A stretch of 64,000 nucleotides of DNA from an uncultured Ruminococcus sp. (GCA_902792515.1 CADAZX010000001.1:4177-68176), one strand, 5' to 3'; positions 46,242-57,147 are shown, counted from the stretch's first letter. Notes: generated by a model from the sequence alone, not told the origin. Numbers and translations are program-made.

Positions 46242-46763
46242 TCAGGCAAGTTCGAGGATGGCCATCGGGGCAGCGTCGCCGCGGCGTGCGCCGAGCTTCG
46301 TGATCCTGGTGTAGCCGCCCTTGCGCTCCTTGTACTTGGGAGCGATCTCGTCGAAGAGCTTGTTGACGACTTTAAGGTTGTTGCCTTCGGAATCCTTAAC
46401 GGGGTAAACGTAGGCGATGGCTCTTCTTCTCACGGCAAGCCTGGAGGGCTTGTCGACTCTGCGGAGCTCCGTCTTCGTCTCGCGCTCGCGAACGGCGTAG
46501 TCGCGGCCGTTCTTGGACTTCTTGTTGATCGTCACGAATTTGCCCTTGGAGTTGACCTTGGCTTTGCTGAAGGTAACCTGCTTGGACTCGAAATTGTCAG
46601 CCTCTCTGATGGCAGACGAAATAATTTTCTCGGCGATGCTCTGAACTTCTTTAGCTCTCGTCTCGGTTGTCACGACCTTGCCGTTGGCAAGAAGCGCGGT
46701 GACAAGACCTCTCAGCATAGCCTTTCTCTGGCCGCCGGTGCGACCCAATTTTCTGTAACTCAT
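46242..46763 (-). CDS. rplQ: 50S ribosomal protein L17
   Basis: [25 protein letters not shown]... Confidence 0.95.
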   Translation of the reverse strand: MSYRKLGRTGGQRKAMLRGLVTALLANGKVVTTETRAKEVQSIAEKIISSAIREADNFESKQVTFSKAKVNSKGKFVTINKKSKNGRDYAVRERETKTELRRVDKPSRLAVRRRAIAYVYPVKDSEGNNLKVVNKLFDEIAPKYKERKGGYTRITKLGARRGDAAPMAILELA

Positions 46764-46790
46764 TTTTAACTAACCTCCATTAGATCGCAT

Positions 46791-47741
46791 TCAGTCTTCG
46801 ATAGTTTCACCGTAGTTGATGCCGAGCTTCTTGAGCTTCTCCTTGATGTCGTCAATGGACTTCGCGCCAACGTTGTGAAGTTTCTTGACTTCCTCGGGAG
46901 CCATGCGGACGAGTTCGCCGACCGTGTTAACGTTCGCTCTCTTCAGCGCGTTGAGCGGCCTCTGGTTGAGCTCGAGCTCATCGATAGGCGTGTTGAGAAC
47001 GTCGCTGGAAATAACGTTTTCGGCAACGGGCTTCGTCTCGTCTTCGTCCGAAGGCATCTCTCCGCCGTTTACGAAAAGCGAGAACTTGTTGATCAGAATC
47101 TGTGCCGCTTCCACGAGGGCTTCCTCGGGGGTGATGGCGCCGTTCGTCACAATGTCAATGGTGAGCTTCTCGTAATCGGTCGAGTTGCCGACGAGCGTGT
47201 TCTCGACGGTCGTGTTGACCTTTACGATGGGGGAGAAGATGGAGTCGATGAAAATAACGCCGAGGGGCATGCCCGCTTCTTTGTTCTTTTCGGCAACTCT
47301 CCAGCCTTTTCCTCTCTTAACGGTGATCAAAATATCGAGTTTCGCGTCATCGTTCGTAGTGCAAATATACTGTTCGGGATTAAGGATCTCAACGTCGGAA
47401 TTGAGCTCGATGTCGGCGGCGGTAACAATGCCGGCGCCTTCCTTGCGGAGAACAATCTGAGTCGAGTCCGTGTGAAGTTTAAAGTTGACGCTCTTAAGAT
47501 TGAGCACAATCTCCGTCACATCTTCAACAACACCGTCAATCGTGGAAAACTCGTGCCTTACACCGTCAACCTCAATCGAAGTCGCGGCGGCGCCTTCCAG
47601 CTGGGAGAGCATAATTCTTCTCAGCGACGTACCGACGGTAATGCCGAGGCCCTTGGCGAGAGGCTCGACCACAAACGTTGCTTGGCGTCCGTCTTCGGAA
47701 GTTTTAACACATTCCAATCTCGGCTTCTCATTATCAACCAT
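46791..47741 (-). CDS. rpoA: DNA-directed RNA polymerase subunit alpha
   Basis: NTD/CTD architecture. ..SLRRIMLSQLEGAA.. and the C-terminal ..LELNQRPLNALKRANVNTVGELV.. helix-hairpin-helix. Confidence 0.95.
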   Translation of the reverse strand: MVDNEKPRLECVKTSEDGRQATFVVEPLAKGLGITVGTSLRRIMLSQLEGAAATSIEVDGVRHEFSTIDGVVEDVTEIVLNLKSVNFKLHTDSTQIVLRKEGAGIVTAADIELNSDVEILNPEQYICTTNDDAKLDILITVKRGKGWRVAEKNKEAGMPLGVIFIDSIFSPIVKVNTTVENTLVGNSTDYEKLTIDIVTNGAITPEEALVEAAQILINKFSLFVNGGEMPSDEDETKPVAENVISSDVLNTPIDELELNQRPLNALKRANVNTVGELVRMAPEEVKKLHNVGAKSIDDIKEKLKKLGINYGETIED

Positions 47742-47765
47742 AATAAACCTCCTTTGACCCTAAGC

Positions 47766-48398
47766 TTATTTGCTGTACAGCTCGACGATCAAATGCTCTT
47801 TAATCTCAAAGTCTATATCTTCACGCTTCGGAGCGGTGACAACCTTTGCGGAGTACTGATCTCTGTCGCACTCGAGCCAGGAAGGCGCGAGGCGTCCGCT
47901 TGTGGCGGAGAGGATCTCGTCCAGGCACTTAATGTCGCGGCTCTTGCTTGCGAGCTCAACAACGTCTCCTTCGGAAACTCTGAAAGAGGGGATGTTGACC
48001 TTTTTGCCGTTGACTTTGAAGTGTCCGTGTCTTACGAGCTGTCTGGCTTCCGCTCTGGAGGCACCGAGGCCCATACGGTAGACTACGTTGTCGAGTCTGC
48101 TCTCGAGGAGAACGAGGAGGTTTTCACCGGTAATGCCCTTCTTTTTGCTGGCGAGTTCGAAATAATTTCTGAACTGCTTTTCAAGAACGCCGTAGTACCT
48201 CTTAACCTTCTGTTTCTCTCTGATCTGAACACCGTATTCGGAAGTTTTCTTCTTGCCCTGGATAACGCCGTGCTGTCCGGGGGCGGTATTTCTCTTCTCA
48301 TACGGGCAGTTTGTGGAATAACACTTTTCGCCCTTCAGGAAAAGCTTGCAGCCTTCTCTCCTGCAGAGGCGGCATGATGCATCTGTATATCTAGCCAT
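47766..48398 (-). CDS. rpsD: 30S ribosomal protein S4
   Basis: [25 protein letters not shown].. Confidence 0.95.
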   Translation of the reverse strand: MARYTDASCRLCRREGCKLFLKGEKCYSTNCPYEKRNTAPGQHGVIQGKKKTSEYGVQIREKQKVKRYYGVLEKQFRNYFELASKKKGITGENLLVLLESRLDNVVYRMGLGASRAEARQLVRHGHFKVNGKKVNIPSFRVSEGDVVELASKSRDIKCLDEILSATSGRLAPSWLECDRDQYSAKVVTAPKREDIDFEIKEHLIVELYSK

Positions 48399-48412
48399 TT
48401 TCTACACCTCCG

Positions 48413-48811
48413 TTATACACGTCTTCTCTTAGGCGGTCTGCATCCGTTGTGCGGAACAGGAGTCTCGTCCTTGATGAGAACAACCTGAAGTCCGGCGGCA
48501 GACAGCGCTCTGATGGCAGCCTCACGGCCCTGGCCGGGTCCTCTTACGTAGACTTCTACGTCTTTGAGACCGTGCTCCATTGCGGCTTTAGCGGCCTGCT
48601 CGGAAGCAGACTGAGCGGCGAAAGGAGTGCTCTTCTTGGATCCGCGGAAACCGAGTCCGCCCGCGCTTGCCCAGGAAATCGCGTTTCCGGCAAGGTCGGT
48701 AATCGTTACTATAGTATTGTTGAAGCTGGAACGGATATGAGCCTGACCGTGTTCGATATTCTTACGTTCTTTACGCTTACCTCTAACTACTCTTTTTGCT
48801 TTAGCAGCCAT
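48413..48811 (-). CDS. rpsK: 30S ribosomal protein S11
   Basis: ..[30 protein letters not shown].. Confidence 0.95.
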   Translation of the reverse strand: MAAKAKRVVRGKRKERKNIEHGQAHIRSSFNNTIVTITDLAGNAISWASAGGLGFRGSKKSTPFAAQSASEQAAKAAMEHGLKDVEVYVRGPGQGREAAIRALSAAGLQVVLIKDETPVPHNGCRPPKRRRV

Positions 48812-48829
48812 TAGTCAAACCCTCCTCCG

Positions 48830-49198
48830 TTATTTCTTCTTACCGGCCACAGTCTTGCTGGGACCTTTTCTGGTTCTTGCGTTAGTCTTGGTTCTCTGCC
48901 CGCGAACAGGAAGCTTGGCTTTATGCCTTCTGCCCCTGTAGGAGCCGTTTTCCATCAAACGCTTGATGTTGAGGCTGACTTCTCTTCTGACGTCGCCTTC
49001 AACAACGTACTCACGGTCAATGACGTCTCTGATCGCATTGACCTCTTCATCTGTTAAATCTTTTACTCTTGTATCGGGATTTATACCGGTCTTGGCAAGG
49101 ATCTCCTTCGCTTTCGTATTGCCTATGCCATAGATGTATGTAAGTCCGATTTCAACACGCTTTTCTCTCGGCAAATCAACACCTGCTATACGTGCCAT
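48830..49198 (-). CDS. rpsM: 30S ribosomal protein S13
   Basis: [26 protein letters not shown].. Confidence 0.95.
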   Translation of the reverse strand: MARIAGVDLPREKRVEIGLTYIYGIGNTKAKEILAKTGINPDTRVKDLTDEEVNAIRDVIDREYVVEGDVRREVSLNIKRLMENGSYRGRRHKAKLPVRGQRTKTNARTRKGPSKTVAGKKK

Positions 49199-49274
49199 TA
49201 GCTTAAACACCTCCAGTTTGTCTTAAAAACATTGAATTTTGCAACAAAAAAATCGGGAATCGCATTACGGCGGG

Positions 49275-49391
49275 TCAGCCCTGCTTCTGCTTATGCTTGG
49301 GATAAGCGTCGCAGATAACCATTACTTTGCCGTGTCTCTTTATGATTTTGCATTTGTCGCAAATCGGTTTAACCGACGGTCTAACCTTCAT
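49275..49391 (-). CDS. rpmJ: 50S ribosomal protein L36 (absent from the ORF track because it is under 60 aa)
   Basis: Minus-strand translation [38 protein letters not shown] with the zinc-ribbon CxxC...C..H. Confidence 0.9.
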   Translation of the reverse strand: MKVRPSVKPICDKCKIIKRHGKVMVICDAYPKHKQKQG

Positions 49392-49442
49392 AATAGTCCT
49401 CCTCGTTTTTGCAGACTCTCGCGGTCTGCATGAAAATCTGAA

Positions 49443-49658
49443 TTACTTACGCCATGTGATTCTGCCGCGGTCGAGATCGTAGGGGGAAAGCTGAACTTTC
49501 ACCTTGTCGCCCGCCAGAATCTTGATATAATTTGTCCTCAGTTTGCCGGAAATGTGAGCTGTTACGACGTGCCCGTTTTCCAGGGTTACTTTGAAAACGC
49601 AATTAGGCAGCACTTCGGTAACTGTACCCTCAAGTTCAATAAAATCTCCTCTTGCCAA
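49443..49658 (-). CDS. infA: Translation initiation factor IF-1
   Basis: ..[52 protein letters not shown]. Confidence 0.95.
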   Translation of the reverse strand: MARGDFIELEGTVTEVLPNCVFKVTLENGHVVTAHISGKLRTNYIKILAGDKVKVQLSPYDLDRGRITWRK

Positions 49659-49670
49659 ACTTCTTCCTCC

Positions 49671-50435
49671 TCATATCAACGTGGTGATGATGGGTTCCCC
49701 GTCAGTGACAATGACTGTGTTCTCGTAATGAGCCGAGAGCTTGCCGTCGGCAGTTCTCACGGTCCACCCGTTCCTGTCGGTCTTCGTCCTGAAATCCCCC
49801 GCGCAGATCATCGGCTCGACAGCAATCGCAATGCCCGGAATAAACATTATTCCGCGCCTGTTCGTTCTGTAATTCGGAACCTCGGGATCTTCGTGGAGTT
49901 CTCTTCCTATTCCGTGACCGGTGAATTCACGGACGACAGAGTAACCATTTGACTCAGCATGGTCTTGCACAGCTCCGGAGACGTCAATCACGCGCTTGCC
50001 GGGAACGGCGTTCTTGATACCTTCAAAAAAGCATTCCCGCGTCACGCGGACCAGCCGCGACGCTTCTTCACTGCACTCGCCCACTACATAAGTACGGGCC
50101 GCATCTCCCTGATAGCCTTTATAGGAACACCCGACATCAATTGAAACAATGTCGCCGTCGTGTAAAATACGGTTTCCCGGTATCCCGTGGATGATCTCAT
50201 CATTCACCGACGCACACACACTTGCGGGGAAATCAGGAGCTCCAAGAAACCCGGGCTGGCCCTTAAAGGACGGGAGCGCACCATTTTTCATTATAACACT
50301 CTCAGAAAATTTGTCAAGCTCTTTTGTTGTAACTCCGGGCTTAATTTTTTCGGGGAGTGTGTTCAGAAGCACCGCGAGGATCTCCCCGGCGGCCTTCATC
50401 AACTCTATTTCGTATTTTGACTTCGTGTAAAGCAT
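49671..50435 (-). CDS. map: Methionine aminopeptidase, type I
   Basis: Pita-bread fold motifs ..DGDIVSIDVG.. and ..HGIGRELHE.. Confidence 0.95.
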   Translation of the reverse strand: MLYTKSKYEIELMKAAGEILAVLLNTLPEKIKPGVTTKELDKFSESVIMKNGALPSFKGQPGFLGAPDFPASVCASVNDEIIHGIPGNRILHDGDIVSIDVGCSYKGYQGDAARTYVVGECSEEASRLVRVTRECFFEGIKNAVPGKRVIDVSGAVQDHAESNGYSVVREFTGHGIGRELHEDPEVPNYRTNRRGIMFIPGIAIAVEPMICAGDFRTKTDRNGWTVRTADGKLSAHYENTVIVTDGEPIITTLI

Positions 50436-50437
50436 TT

Positions 50438-51085
50438 TTACCTCATGACCAGAACGCGGATCGTATTCTCAAGCGCCTTGTCCTTGTTGTTGCAGCTGAC
50501 CGAATCTCTGAGCACGCCCTTCGCCTTGTAGTACTCTACGAGGGGCTCCGTCTGCATGTGGTACTCGTGAAGTCTCCTCTCGATAACGTCTCTCGCGTCG
50601 TCGGGTCTCTGAACGACCTCAGCGCCGCACTGCGTGCACTTTCCGTCTGCCGGCGGCATGTAGTCGAGGTGGTACGTCGCCTTGCACTCGGGGCAGACGC
50701 GTCTTCTGGACAGCCTCTTGATGACGTCCTCCTCGTCGATAACGATATTCACCACGACGTCGAGCTTTCTGCCGTGCGCCTCGAGGAATTCGTCAAGCTT
50801 TTCGGCCTGCGGAATCGTTCTCGGGAATCCGTCAAGAATGCACCCTTCCGCGCAGTCAGGCTGCATGAGCCTGTCTTCCACGATCCTGATCGTAACGTCG
50901 TCGGGAACGAGCAGTCCCTTCGAAATGTACGACTCGGCGAGCTTGCCGAGCTCGGTGCCGTTTTTGATATTTGCTCTGAAAATGTCTCCGGTGGAGATGT
51001 GGGGGATTCCCAGGATCTCGGCGAGGCGGACAGCCTGCGTGCCCTTCCCCGCTCCGGGAGCACCCAAAAGCATCATGTTAAGCAT
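50438..51085 (-). CDS. adk: Adenylate kinase (zinc-finger lid type)
   Basis: P-loop GAPGAGKGTQA. Lid CPECKATYH...CTQCG. AGGAGG RBS 8 nt before ATG. Confidence 0.95.
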   Translation of the reverse strand: MLNMMLLGAPGAGKGTQAVRLAEILGIPHISTGDIFRANIKNGTELGKLAESYISKGLLVPDDVTIRIVEDRLMQPDCAEGCILDGFPRTIPQAEKLDEFLEAHGRKLDVVVNIVIDEEDVIKRLSRRRVCPECKATYHLDYMPPADGKCTQCGAEVVQRPDDARDVIERRLHEYHMQTEPLVEYYKAKGVLRDSVSCNNKDKALENTIRVLVMR

Positions 51086-51536
51086 TCGGTGTTTCCTCCT
51101 TAAAGTCTGTAAGACGCCGCGCGAACGGCGAGCTTTTGATATATATCTGCGGCGGTCGTTCCGGCATCCCCGAAACCCGGGGGCAGCCTAATTAAGCGAA
51201 AAGCCGCCGCGTGTTTTCGATTTTGTTTCGCCTTCAGGCCCTTCCGGACGCGTTCAGAGCGCGGATTCCGGTACTCTTTTAAGATTCCGGTACTCTTTTT
51301 AGATTCCGGTACTCTTTTTAGATTCCGGTACTCTTTTTAGGCCCAAAGATGGCGTCATCCGGAAACCGCGCGAAACGGACCGCCGGACGGCGCCATTTTT
51401 ATTTCCGGAATTCCGGCGGTCCTCCGTTCCCTCCTCGCCGCGCCGCAAACCGGCGCGGCGGAGGGTTTTCGGATTTTCCGCAGGAAAACCGTTCCGGAAC
51501 CGTTTTTGTTCCGGATTAAGGACGTCCCGGATCAAA
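51086..51536. repeat. Unusual 450-bp secY-adk intergenic insertion containing 4 tandem 20-bp repeats (AGATTCCGGTACTCTTTTT, 51264-51339) and GC-rich hairpins
   Basis: Repeats read directly. On the minus strand, CCGCCGCGCCGG-tttg-CGGCGCGGCG and the GATGGCGTCATCC...GGCGCCAT inverted repeats. Confidence 0.8.
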
Positions 51537-52901
51537 TTATCCGAGGAAACCGCCCTTGCCGCTCTTGTAGTGTCTGAGCATAAGCTGAGCTTCAAGAGTC
51601 TTGATCGTCTCGAGGGCAACGCCGACCATAATGAGGATGGACGTACCGCCGAGCCAGAGCTCGAGCGAGCTCGCGTTGATGCCGGGGATAAGATCGCAGA
51701 TCTTACCGAGCACGCTGGGCAGTATCGCCAGGATGGCGAGGAAGAGCGAACCGAACCATGTAAGTCTGTTCTGGATCTTTCCGATGTACTGAGCCGTCGC
51801 CTTTCTGTTGTTGGTCTTGATCTCTGTCAGCTGTCCGCCGTTGTTGATGATGTTGTTGGCATATTCCTTCGGGTCGAAGTAGACCATGTTGTAGAAGAAG
51901 GTGAAGCCGACGATCAGAACGGCGTAGAGCAGAATGTACCACCAGGTGTTGTTGAAGTTCGTCAGCGCGCTCGCGACTTTGCCCTTGCTGTTGATCAGCG
52001 AAGCGATCGTTACAGGGAACTGGAGCAGCGACATCGCGAAGATAATCGGGAGAACGCCGGCGGAGTTGACCTTGAGCGGAATGTAGCTCTTCTGGCCACC
52101 CATGATCTTGCGTCCGACGACTCTCTGCGAATAGACGACGCCGAGTCTTCTCTCGCCGGATTCCATCCAGACAACCGCGATGATAACCGCGAGGAATACG
52201 AGCACGACCATGATCACCAGCGGGATCCTCAGGTAGAGTGCCTTCGCGACTTCGGTTCCTTCGTAGCTGCCGGTTGCCGCGATCGAGATGATCTGGGAGA
52301 TCCACACAGGCGCCCTCGCGATGATACCCGCGAAGATCAGCATCGAAATGCCGTTGCCGATTCCGACTTCGGTGATCTTGTCACCGAGCCAGGTGAGGAA
52401 GCTCGTACCCGCGACGAACGAGAGCACTATGATGAGGAACAGGAACGCTTTCGCGAAGAATCCGCTGCCGAAGTCGGTAACGAAGTAATTTCCCGAGGTG
52501 TTCATGTTGATGTAAAGCATAATCGCCTGGAAAAGCGCGAGGCCTGCGGCGGTATACTTTGTGATCTTGGAGAGTTTCTTTCTGCCTTCGGGGCCCTCTT
52601 TCTGCCACTTTTCAAAAGCGGGAATCGCAACGGTGAGGAGCTGGATGATGATCGACGCGTTGATGTAAGGGGAGATACCCATTGCAAACAACGAAACGTT
52701 CGACATCGCGCCGCCGCCGATGAGGTCCATAAAACTGAAGAGACCTGTTCCGGCGAGACCGTTCAGCGCGCCGCTGGCGAGTCCCGGAACCGGAATGAAG
52801 CAGCCAATTCTGAAGATGAGGATGAGCAGGAGCGTCATCAGAATCTTCTTTCTTATGGAAGGCTCTTTGAAGGATTTTATGATGACATTCCAAAGTCCCA
52901 T
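51537..52901 (-). CDS. secY: Preprotein translocase subunit SecY
   Basis: 10-TM SecY with conserved ..IFAMGISPYINASIIIQLL.. block. Confidence 0.95.
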   Translation of the reverse strand: MGLWNVIIKSFKEPSIRKKILMTLLLILIFRIGCFIPVPGLASGALNGLAGTGLFSFMDLIGGGAMSNVSLFAMGISPYINASIIIQLLTVAIPAFEKWQKEGPEGRKKLSKITKYTAAGLALFQAIMLYINMNTSGNYFVTDFGSGFFAKAFLFLIIVLSFVAGTSFLTWLGDKITEVGIGNGISMLIFAGIIARAPVWISQIISIAATGSYEGTEVAKALYLRIPLVIMVVLVFLAVIIAVVWMESGERRLGVVYSQRVVGRKIMGGQKSYIPLKVNSAGVLPIIFAMSLLQFPVTIASLINSKGKVASALTNFNNTWWYILLYAVLIVGFTFFYNMVYFDPKEYANNIINNGGQLTEIKTNNRKATAQYIGKIQNRLTWFGSLFLAILAILPSVLGKICDLIPGINASSLELWLGGTSILIMVGVALETIKTLEAQLMLRHYKSGKGGFLG

Positions 52902-53344
52902 CAGATCACCTCAATCCTTCCCCCCAAGTCCTCAATCTTAGCCTGCGCAGACTTGGAGAATCTGGCCGCTTTAACGGTGAGCTTCTTCTCGAGCTTGCCG
53001 CTTCCGAGAACGCTGACGCCGTCGTACGCGTTCTTAATTACGCCCGCCTCGATCAGCGCCGCTGCGTCGACCGTCGCGCCGTCCTCAAAACGGTTCAGGC
53101 TGGCAACGTTGACTTCCGCGTACTTGACCGCGAAGATCTTGTTGTTGAAACCTCTCTTAGGCATTCTTCTGTAAAGAGGAGTCTGACCGCCTTCGAATCC
53201 CGGTCTGATGTTTCCGCCGGAACGTGCCTTCTGGCCTTTGTGTCCGCGGCCGGCCGTCTTGCCGTTTCCGCTGCCGTGTCCCTGGCCTTTTCTGAAAGGC
53301 GCCTTCTTGGAGCCCTCAACAGGACTTAAATCATTAAGCTTCAT
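52901..53344 (-). CDS. rplO: 50S ribosomal protein L15
   Basis: [14 protein letters not shown]...[12 protein letters not shown].. Confidence 0.95.
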   Translation of the reverse strand: MKLNDLSPVEGSKKAPFRKGQGHGSGNGKTAGRGHKGQKARSGGNIRPGFEGGQTPLYRRMPKRGFNNKIFAVKYAEVNVASLNRFEDGATVDAAALIEAGVIKNAYDGVSVLGSGKLEKKLTVKAARFSKSAQAKIEDLGGRIEVI

Positions 53345-53356
53345 GTTCTGTCCTCC

Positions 53357-53530
53357 TTACTTTTCTTCCACCTTGACGAGGTGATTCACGACGTTGATCA
53401 TGCCGCGGACCTGCTCGTTGTCAGGCTTCTCAACGCTCTGGCCGATCTTTCTGAGGCCGAGGGCCTTGATCGTAGCGCGCTGGTTCTCTTTGATGCCGTA
53501 GATGCTTCTTGTGAGAGTAATCTTAAACAT
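53357..53530 (-). CDS. rpmD: 50S ribosomal protein L30 (absent from the ORF track because it is under 60 aa)
   Basis: Minus-strand translation MFKITLTRSIYGIKENQRATIKALGLRKIGQSVEKPDNEQVRGMINVVNHLVKVEEK. Confidence 0.9.
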   Translation of the reverse strand: MFKITLTRSIYGIKENQRATIKALGLRKIGQSVEKPDNEQVRGMINVVNHLVKVEEK

Positions 53531-53545
53531 TTCCGCAACCTCCCA

Positions 53546-54052
53546 TCAAAGGATCTCATCCGTGCTCTTGCCGCGAACCGTCGCCACCGACTCAACGGTA
53601 ACGAGATTGCGAAGAGCTTCCATCGTAGCCATAACGACGTTGCCGGGGTTGTTGGATCTCAGAGACTTCGTTCTGATATCCTTGATGCCCGCGAGCTCGA
53701 CAACGGCACGCGCCGCGCCGCCCGCGATAACACCGGTACCTTTTCCGGCGGGCTTCAGAAGAACTTCGCCTGCGCCGTACGTGCCGATGATCTCGTGGGG
53801 AATGGTCGTTCCCACCATCGGAACGGTGATCATGTTCTTCTTCGCCGCAGCGACTGCTTTCCTGACGGCATCCGGAACTTCGGCGGCCTTGCCCATGCCT
53901 GCGCCGACGTGACCGTTTTCGTCACCGACAACAACCAGAGCATTCCATCTCATGTTCTTACCGCCCTTGACAACCTTGGTTACTTTGCCGAGGTGCACGA
54001 GCTTTTCTGTATACTCGCTCTTATTAGCTTCATTGTTACGTTCTTTACGTTC
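53546..54052 (-). CDS. rpsE: 30S ribosomal protein S5
   Basis: ..[31 protein letters not shown]... The start is taken at an internal Met; the track ORF reads through the upstream spacer. Confidence 0.95.
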   Translation of the reverse strand, partial: ERKERNNEANKSEYTEKLVHLGKVTKVVKGGKNMRWNALVVVGDENGHVGAGMGKAAEVPDAVRKAVAAAKKNMITVPMVGTTIPHEIIGTYGAGEVLLKPAGKGTGVIAGGAARAVVELAGIKDIRTKSLRSNNPGNVVMATMEALRNLVTVESVATVRGKSTDEIL

Positions 54053-54074
54053 CATTTCAGTTTCTCCTTCGGTA

Positions 54075-54443
54075 TCAGAAATCAAGGCCTGCTTCGCGGG
54101 CTGCGTCCGCAAGAGCCTGAACGCGACCGTGGTACGGATAACCGCCGCGGTCAAATACAACTTCTTTAATGCCTTTTTCGAGCGCTCTCTCGGCAACGAG
54201 TTTGCCTACGAGCTTCGCCGCCTCGACGTTTCCGCCGTACTCGCACTCCGCTTTGATCGCCTTGTCAAGCGTGGAAGCCGATACGAGGGTGTTGCCGGCG
54301 GTATCGTCAATGATCTGGGCATAGATGTTGGCGGTGCTTCTGTAGACGTTAAGTCTCGGGCGTTCGCTTGTTCCAATGACTTTTTTCCTGACGCGGATGT
54401 GTCTTCTCTGACGTACTGCGTTCTTATCCAACTTTTTAATCAT
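54075..54443 (-). CDS. rplR: 50S ribosomal protein L18
   Basis: ..[20 protein letters not shown].. Confidence 0.95.
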   Translation of the reverse strand: MIKKLDKNAVRQRRHIRVRKKVIGTSERPRLNVYRSTANIYAQIIDDTAGNTLVSASTLDKAIKAECEYGGNVEAAKLVGKLVAERALEKGIKEVVFDRGGYPYHGRVQALADAAREAGLDF

Positions 54444-54462
54444 TTAAGCCACACTCCCTTCC

Positions 54463-55008
54463 TTACTTCTTGGCACCGGTCTTGCCTTCTTTGCGTCTGA
54501 CGACCTCGTAGTCGTACTTGATTCCTTTGCCCTTGTAAGGCTCGGGTTTACGTACCGCACGGATCTTAGCCGCAAATTCGCCGACCGCCTGTTTGTCGGC
54601 ACCCTTGACGATGATCTTGTTCTGAGCGGGAACCTCAACCGTGATTCCGGCAGGCTCAGGCATTTCAACCTGGTGGGAAAAACCAACGTTGAGCACGAGC
54701 GTGTTGCCGGATTTGGCCGCCCTGTAACCTACACCGTTGATCTCGAGACTCTTCTGGAATCCCTTCGTGACGCCGTCAATCATGTTCTGGATGAGCGAGC
54801 GGGTAAGGCCGTGAAGGCTTCTGTCGAACTTGTCGTCCGAGCTTCTCTCAACAACAACGGTCGGGCCTTCCACCTTAATTGTAAGGCGCGGGCTGAACTT
54901 CTCTGTGAGCTCGCCGTTGGGTCCCTTAACCGTTACAACGTTTCCGTCTTCGACTTTGACTGTCACGCCGACGGGAATCGCAACCGGTTTTTTTCCGATT
55001 CTGGACAT
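54463..55008 (-). CDS. rplF: 50S ribosomal protein L6
   Basis: [20 protein letters not shown].. Confidence 0.95.
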   Translation of the reverse strand: MSRIGKKPVAIPVGVTVKVEDGNVVTVKGPNGELTEKFSPRLTIKVEGPTVVVERSSDDKFDRSLHGLTRSLIQNMIDGVTKGFQKSLEINGVGYRAAKSGNTLVLNVGFSHQVEMPEPAGITVEVPAQNKIIVKGADKQAVGEFAAKIRAVRKPEPYKGKGIKYDYEVVRRKEGKTGAKK

Positions 55009-55222
55009 ATTATATTTTCCTCCTGTATCTTAAAATTCCGAACCGCGCACGAAAAAGTCCGTTCGCGTGTCTGTCCGTGAAAGGCTGCCGGAACGCCCTC
55101 TGCGCCTCCGTGCCCTGTCCTGTCCCGGACCGCGGTCCATTTCAGATAATTTCCCGGCCGCCCCTCAAAAGGCGTCTGTCGCGCCCCCGAAAAGGGGCGG
55201 CCGGCCTATCCATTACTTTTGA
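55009..55222. promoter_or_regulatory. Atypical 214-bp rpsH-rplF spacer containing a long perfect GC hairpin
   Basis: CCGGCCGCCCCT ... AGGGGCGGCCGG 12-bp perfect inverted repeat enclosing an inner GCGCCCCCGAAAAGGGGCGGC hairpin. These genes are normally separated by less than 30 nt. Confidence 0.6.
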
Positions 55223-55621
55223 TTACCAGACAAATGCCATGACCTCGCCGCCAAGGCCGATCTCTCTGGCCTTTTTGTCGGTCATGATTCCCTTGGACGT
55301 GGAAATGATCGCGATTCCGAGTCCGTTGAGAACCTTCGGCAGCTCATCCTTGGATGCGTAAACGCGGAGACCGGGCTTGGAAATTCTCTTGATACCGGAG
55401 ATGGCGAATCTCTTGTTGGCGGTATACTTGAGGCCTATCCTGATGACGCCCTGTTTTCCGTCGTCGATTCTCTCGACGTTGCTGACGTAACCTTCGCTGA
55501 GCAGAATGTCCGCAATAGCGCTCTTAACATTCGAAGCAGGAATGTCTACGGAAGCGTGCTTTGCAGAACCGGCATTTCTAATGCGGGTAAGCATATCGGC
55601 TACTACATCTGTAATTTGCAT
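55223..55621 (-). CDS. rpsH: 30S ribosomal protein S8
   Basis: [17 protein letters not shown].. Confidence 0.95.
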   Translation of the reverse strand: MQITDVVADMLTRIRNAGSAKHASVDIPASNVKSAIADILLSEGYVSNVERIDDGKQGVIRIGLKYTANKRFAISGIKRISKPGLRVYASKDELPKVLNGLGIAIISTSKGIMTDKKAREIGLGGEVMAFVW

Positions 55622-55642
55622 TGTTCATTCCTCCTTCTGTAT

Positions 55643-55828
55643 TTACCAGCTGGCTTTCTTGACGCCGGGAATCTGTCCCTTGTAAGCAAGCTCTCTGAAG
55701 CAGATACGGCAGATACCGTATTTTCTCATGTAAGAGTGCGGGCGGCCGCAAATCTGGCATCTCGTGTAAGCTCTTGTGCTGAACTTAGGCTCTCTCTGCT
55801 GTTTGATTTTCATTGAAGTCTTTGCCAT
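55643..55828 (-). CDS. rpsZ: 30S ribosomal protein S14, type Z (zinc-binding)
   Basis: ..[37 protein letters not shown]. Confidence 0.9.
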   Translation of the reverse strand: MAKTSMKIKQQREPKFSTRAYTRCQICGRPHSYMRKYGICRICFRELAYKGQIPGVKKASW

Positions 55829-55842
55829 TTTTGTCAACCTCC

Positions 55843-56382
55843 TTACTTCTCAAAGGGAATGCCCATGAGTCTGAGCAGTTCTTTAGCCTCTTCATCGGTC
55901 TTGGCCGTCGTTACGAAAACGATGTCCATGCCTCTGACGCGATCGATTTTATCGTATTCGATCTCGGGGAAGATGAGCTGTTCGCGGACACCCAGAGCGT
56001 AGTTGCCGCGTCCGTCAAACGAGTTCGCAGGAACGCCGTGGAAGTCTCTGATACGCGGAAGAGCGATGTTGAACAGCTTGTCAGCGAAAGCGTACATTCT
56101 GTCCTCGCGGAGCGTGACCTTGCAGCCGATCTGCATGCCGACTCTGAGCTTGAAAGCGGCGATGTTTCTCTTCGCTTTCGTGACGATCGGAGCCTGGCCG
56201 GTGATGGCCTTGAGATCCGCAACGGCGGACTCGACTGCCTTCGGGTTCTCCTTGGTCTCGCCGAGGCCCATGTTGACCACGATCTTGACGAGCTTCGGAA
56301 TCTCCATAACGTTCTTGTATCCGAATTTCTCCTGCATCGCGGGAGCTACTTCGTTAATGTATTTTTCTTTAAGTCTTAACAT
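55843..56382 (-). CDS. rplE: 50S ribosomal protein L5
   Basis: [30 protein letters not shown].. Confidence 0.95.
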   Translation of the reverse strand: MLRLKEKYINEVAPAMQEKFGYKNVMEIPKLVKIVVNMGLGETKENPKAVESAVADLKAITGQAPIVTKAKRNIAAFKLRVGMQIGCKVTLREDRMYAFADKLFNIALPRIRDFHGVPANSFDGRGNYALGVREQLIFPEIEYDKIDRVRGMDIVFVTTAKTDEEAKELLRLMGIPFEK

Positions 56383-56404
56383 TATCTATACCTCCGTAAA
56401 TGCA

Positions 56405-56746
56405 TTACTTCGTTCCGTCGACAGTCGGGATCTCGGCGCCGCACTTCTTGCAGACGCGGATCTTCTTCGACTTGCCGTCGACCAGCTTGATAGCCGTTCT
56501 GGTCGGTTTGCCGCACTTCGGGCAAATGACCATGACGTTGGAGACGTGGATCGACGCTTCGCGCTCGACGATACCGCCGGCGTCTCTCTGGTTGCGCGGC
56601 TTCTGGTGCTTGGTTACTTTGTTTCTGCCTTCGACGACAACGCGCTCGGCCTCGGGAAGAACCGTGAGGACCTTACCCTTCTTGCCTGCGTCTTCGCCGG
56701 TGATGATCATTACGTTGTCACCTTTTTTGATGTTTAAGTTTGCCAT
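56405..56746 (-). CDS. rplX: 50S ribosomal protein L24 (with C-terminal zinc-ribbon-like extension)
   Basis: MANLNIKKGDNVMIITGEDAGKKGKVL... C-terminal CPKCGK...CKKCG. Confidence 0.9.
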   Translation of the reverse strand: MANLNIKKGDNVMIITGEDAGKKGKVLTVLPEAERVVVEGRNKVTKHQKPRNQRDAGGIVEREASIHVSNVMVICPKCGKPTRTAIKLVDGKSKKIRVCKKCGAEIPTVDGTK

Positions 56747-56761
56747 TTCAATACCTCCACA

Positions 56762-57130
56762 TTACAGAACCTCAGGGGCAAGCGAAACGATCTTCATGAA
56801 GTCTTTGTCTCTGAGCTCTCTTGCGACAGGCCCAAAGATACGCGTTCCGCGGGGAGTGAGATCATCCTTGATGAGCACGGCAGCGTTCTCGTCAAAGCGG
56901 ATATACGTGCCGTCGGCTCTTCTGACGCCTCTCTTCGTGCGAACGACGACGCACTTCACGACATCGCCCTTCTTGACCATTCCGCCGGGGGCGGCATTCT
57001 TAACGGAGCAGACGATGGTGTCGCCGATGTTGGCGTATCTTCTTCTGCTGCCGCCGATGACCTTAATGCACATCAGTTCTTTCGCGCCGGTGTTGTCAGC
57101 AACCTTAAGTCTTGTTTGTACCTGAATCAT
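56762..57130 (-). CDS. rplN: 50S ribosomal protein L14
   Basis: [27 protein letters not shown].. Confidence 0.95.
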   Translation of the reverse strand: MIQVQTRLKVADNTGAKELMCIKVIGGSRRRYANIGDTIVCSVKNAAPGGMVKKGDVVKCVVVRTKRGVRRADGTYIRFDENAAVLIKDDLTPRGTRIFGPVARELRDKDFMKIVSLAPEVL

Positions 57131-57147
57131 TACGAACCCTCCTTAGA

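Noticed and set aside
46875-48377. 500-aa plus-strand ORF
   Set aside because: Antisense to rpoA and rpsD.
51570-53174. 534-aa plus-strand ORF
   Set aside because: Antisense to secY and rplO, which are unambiguous housekeeping genes.
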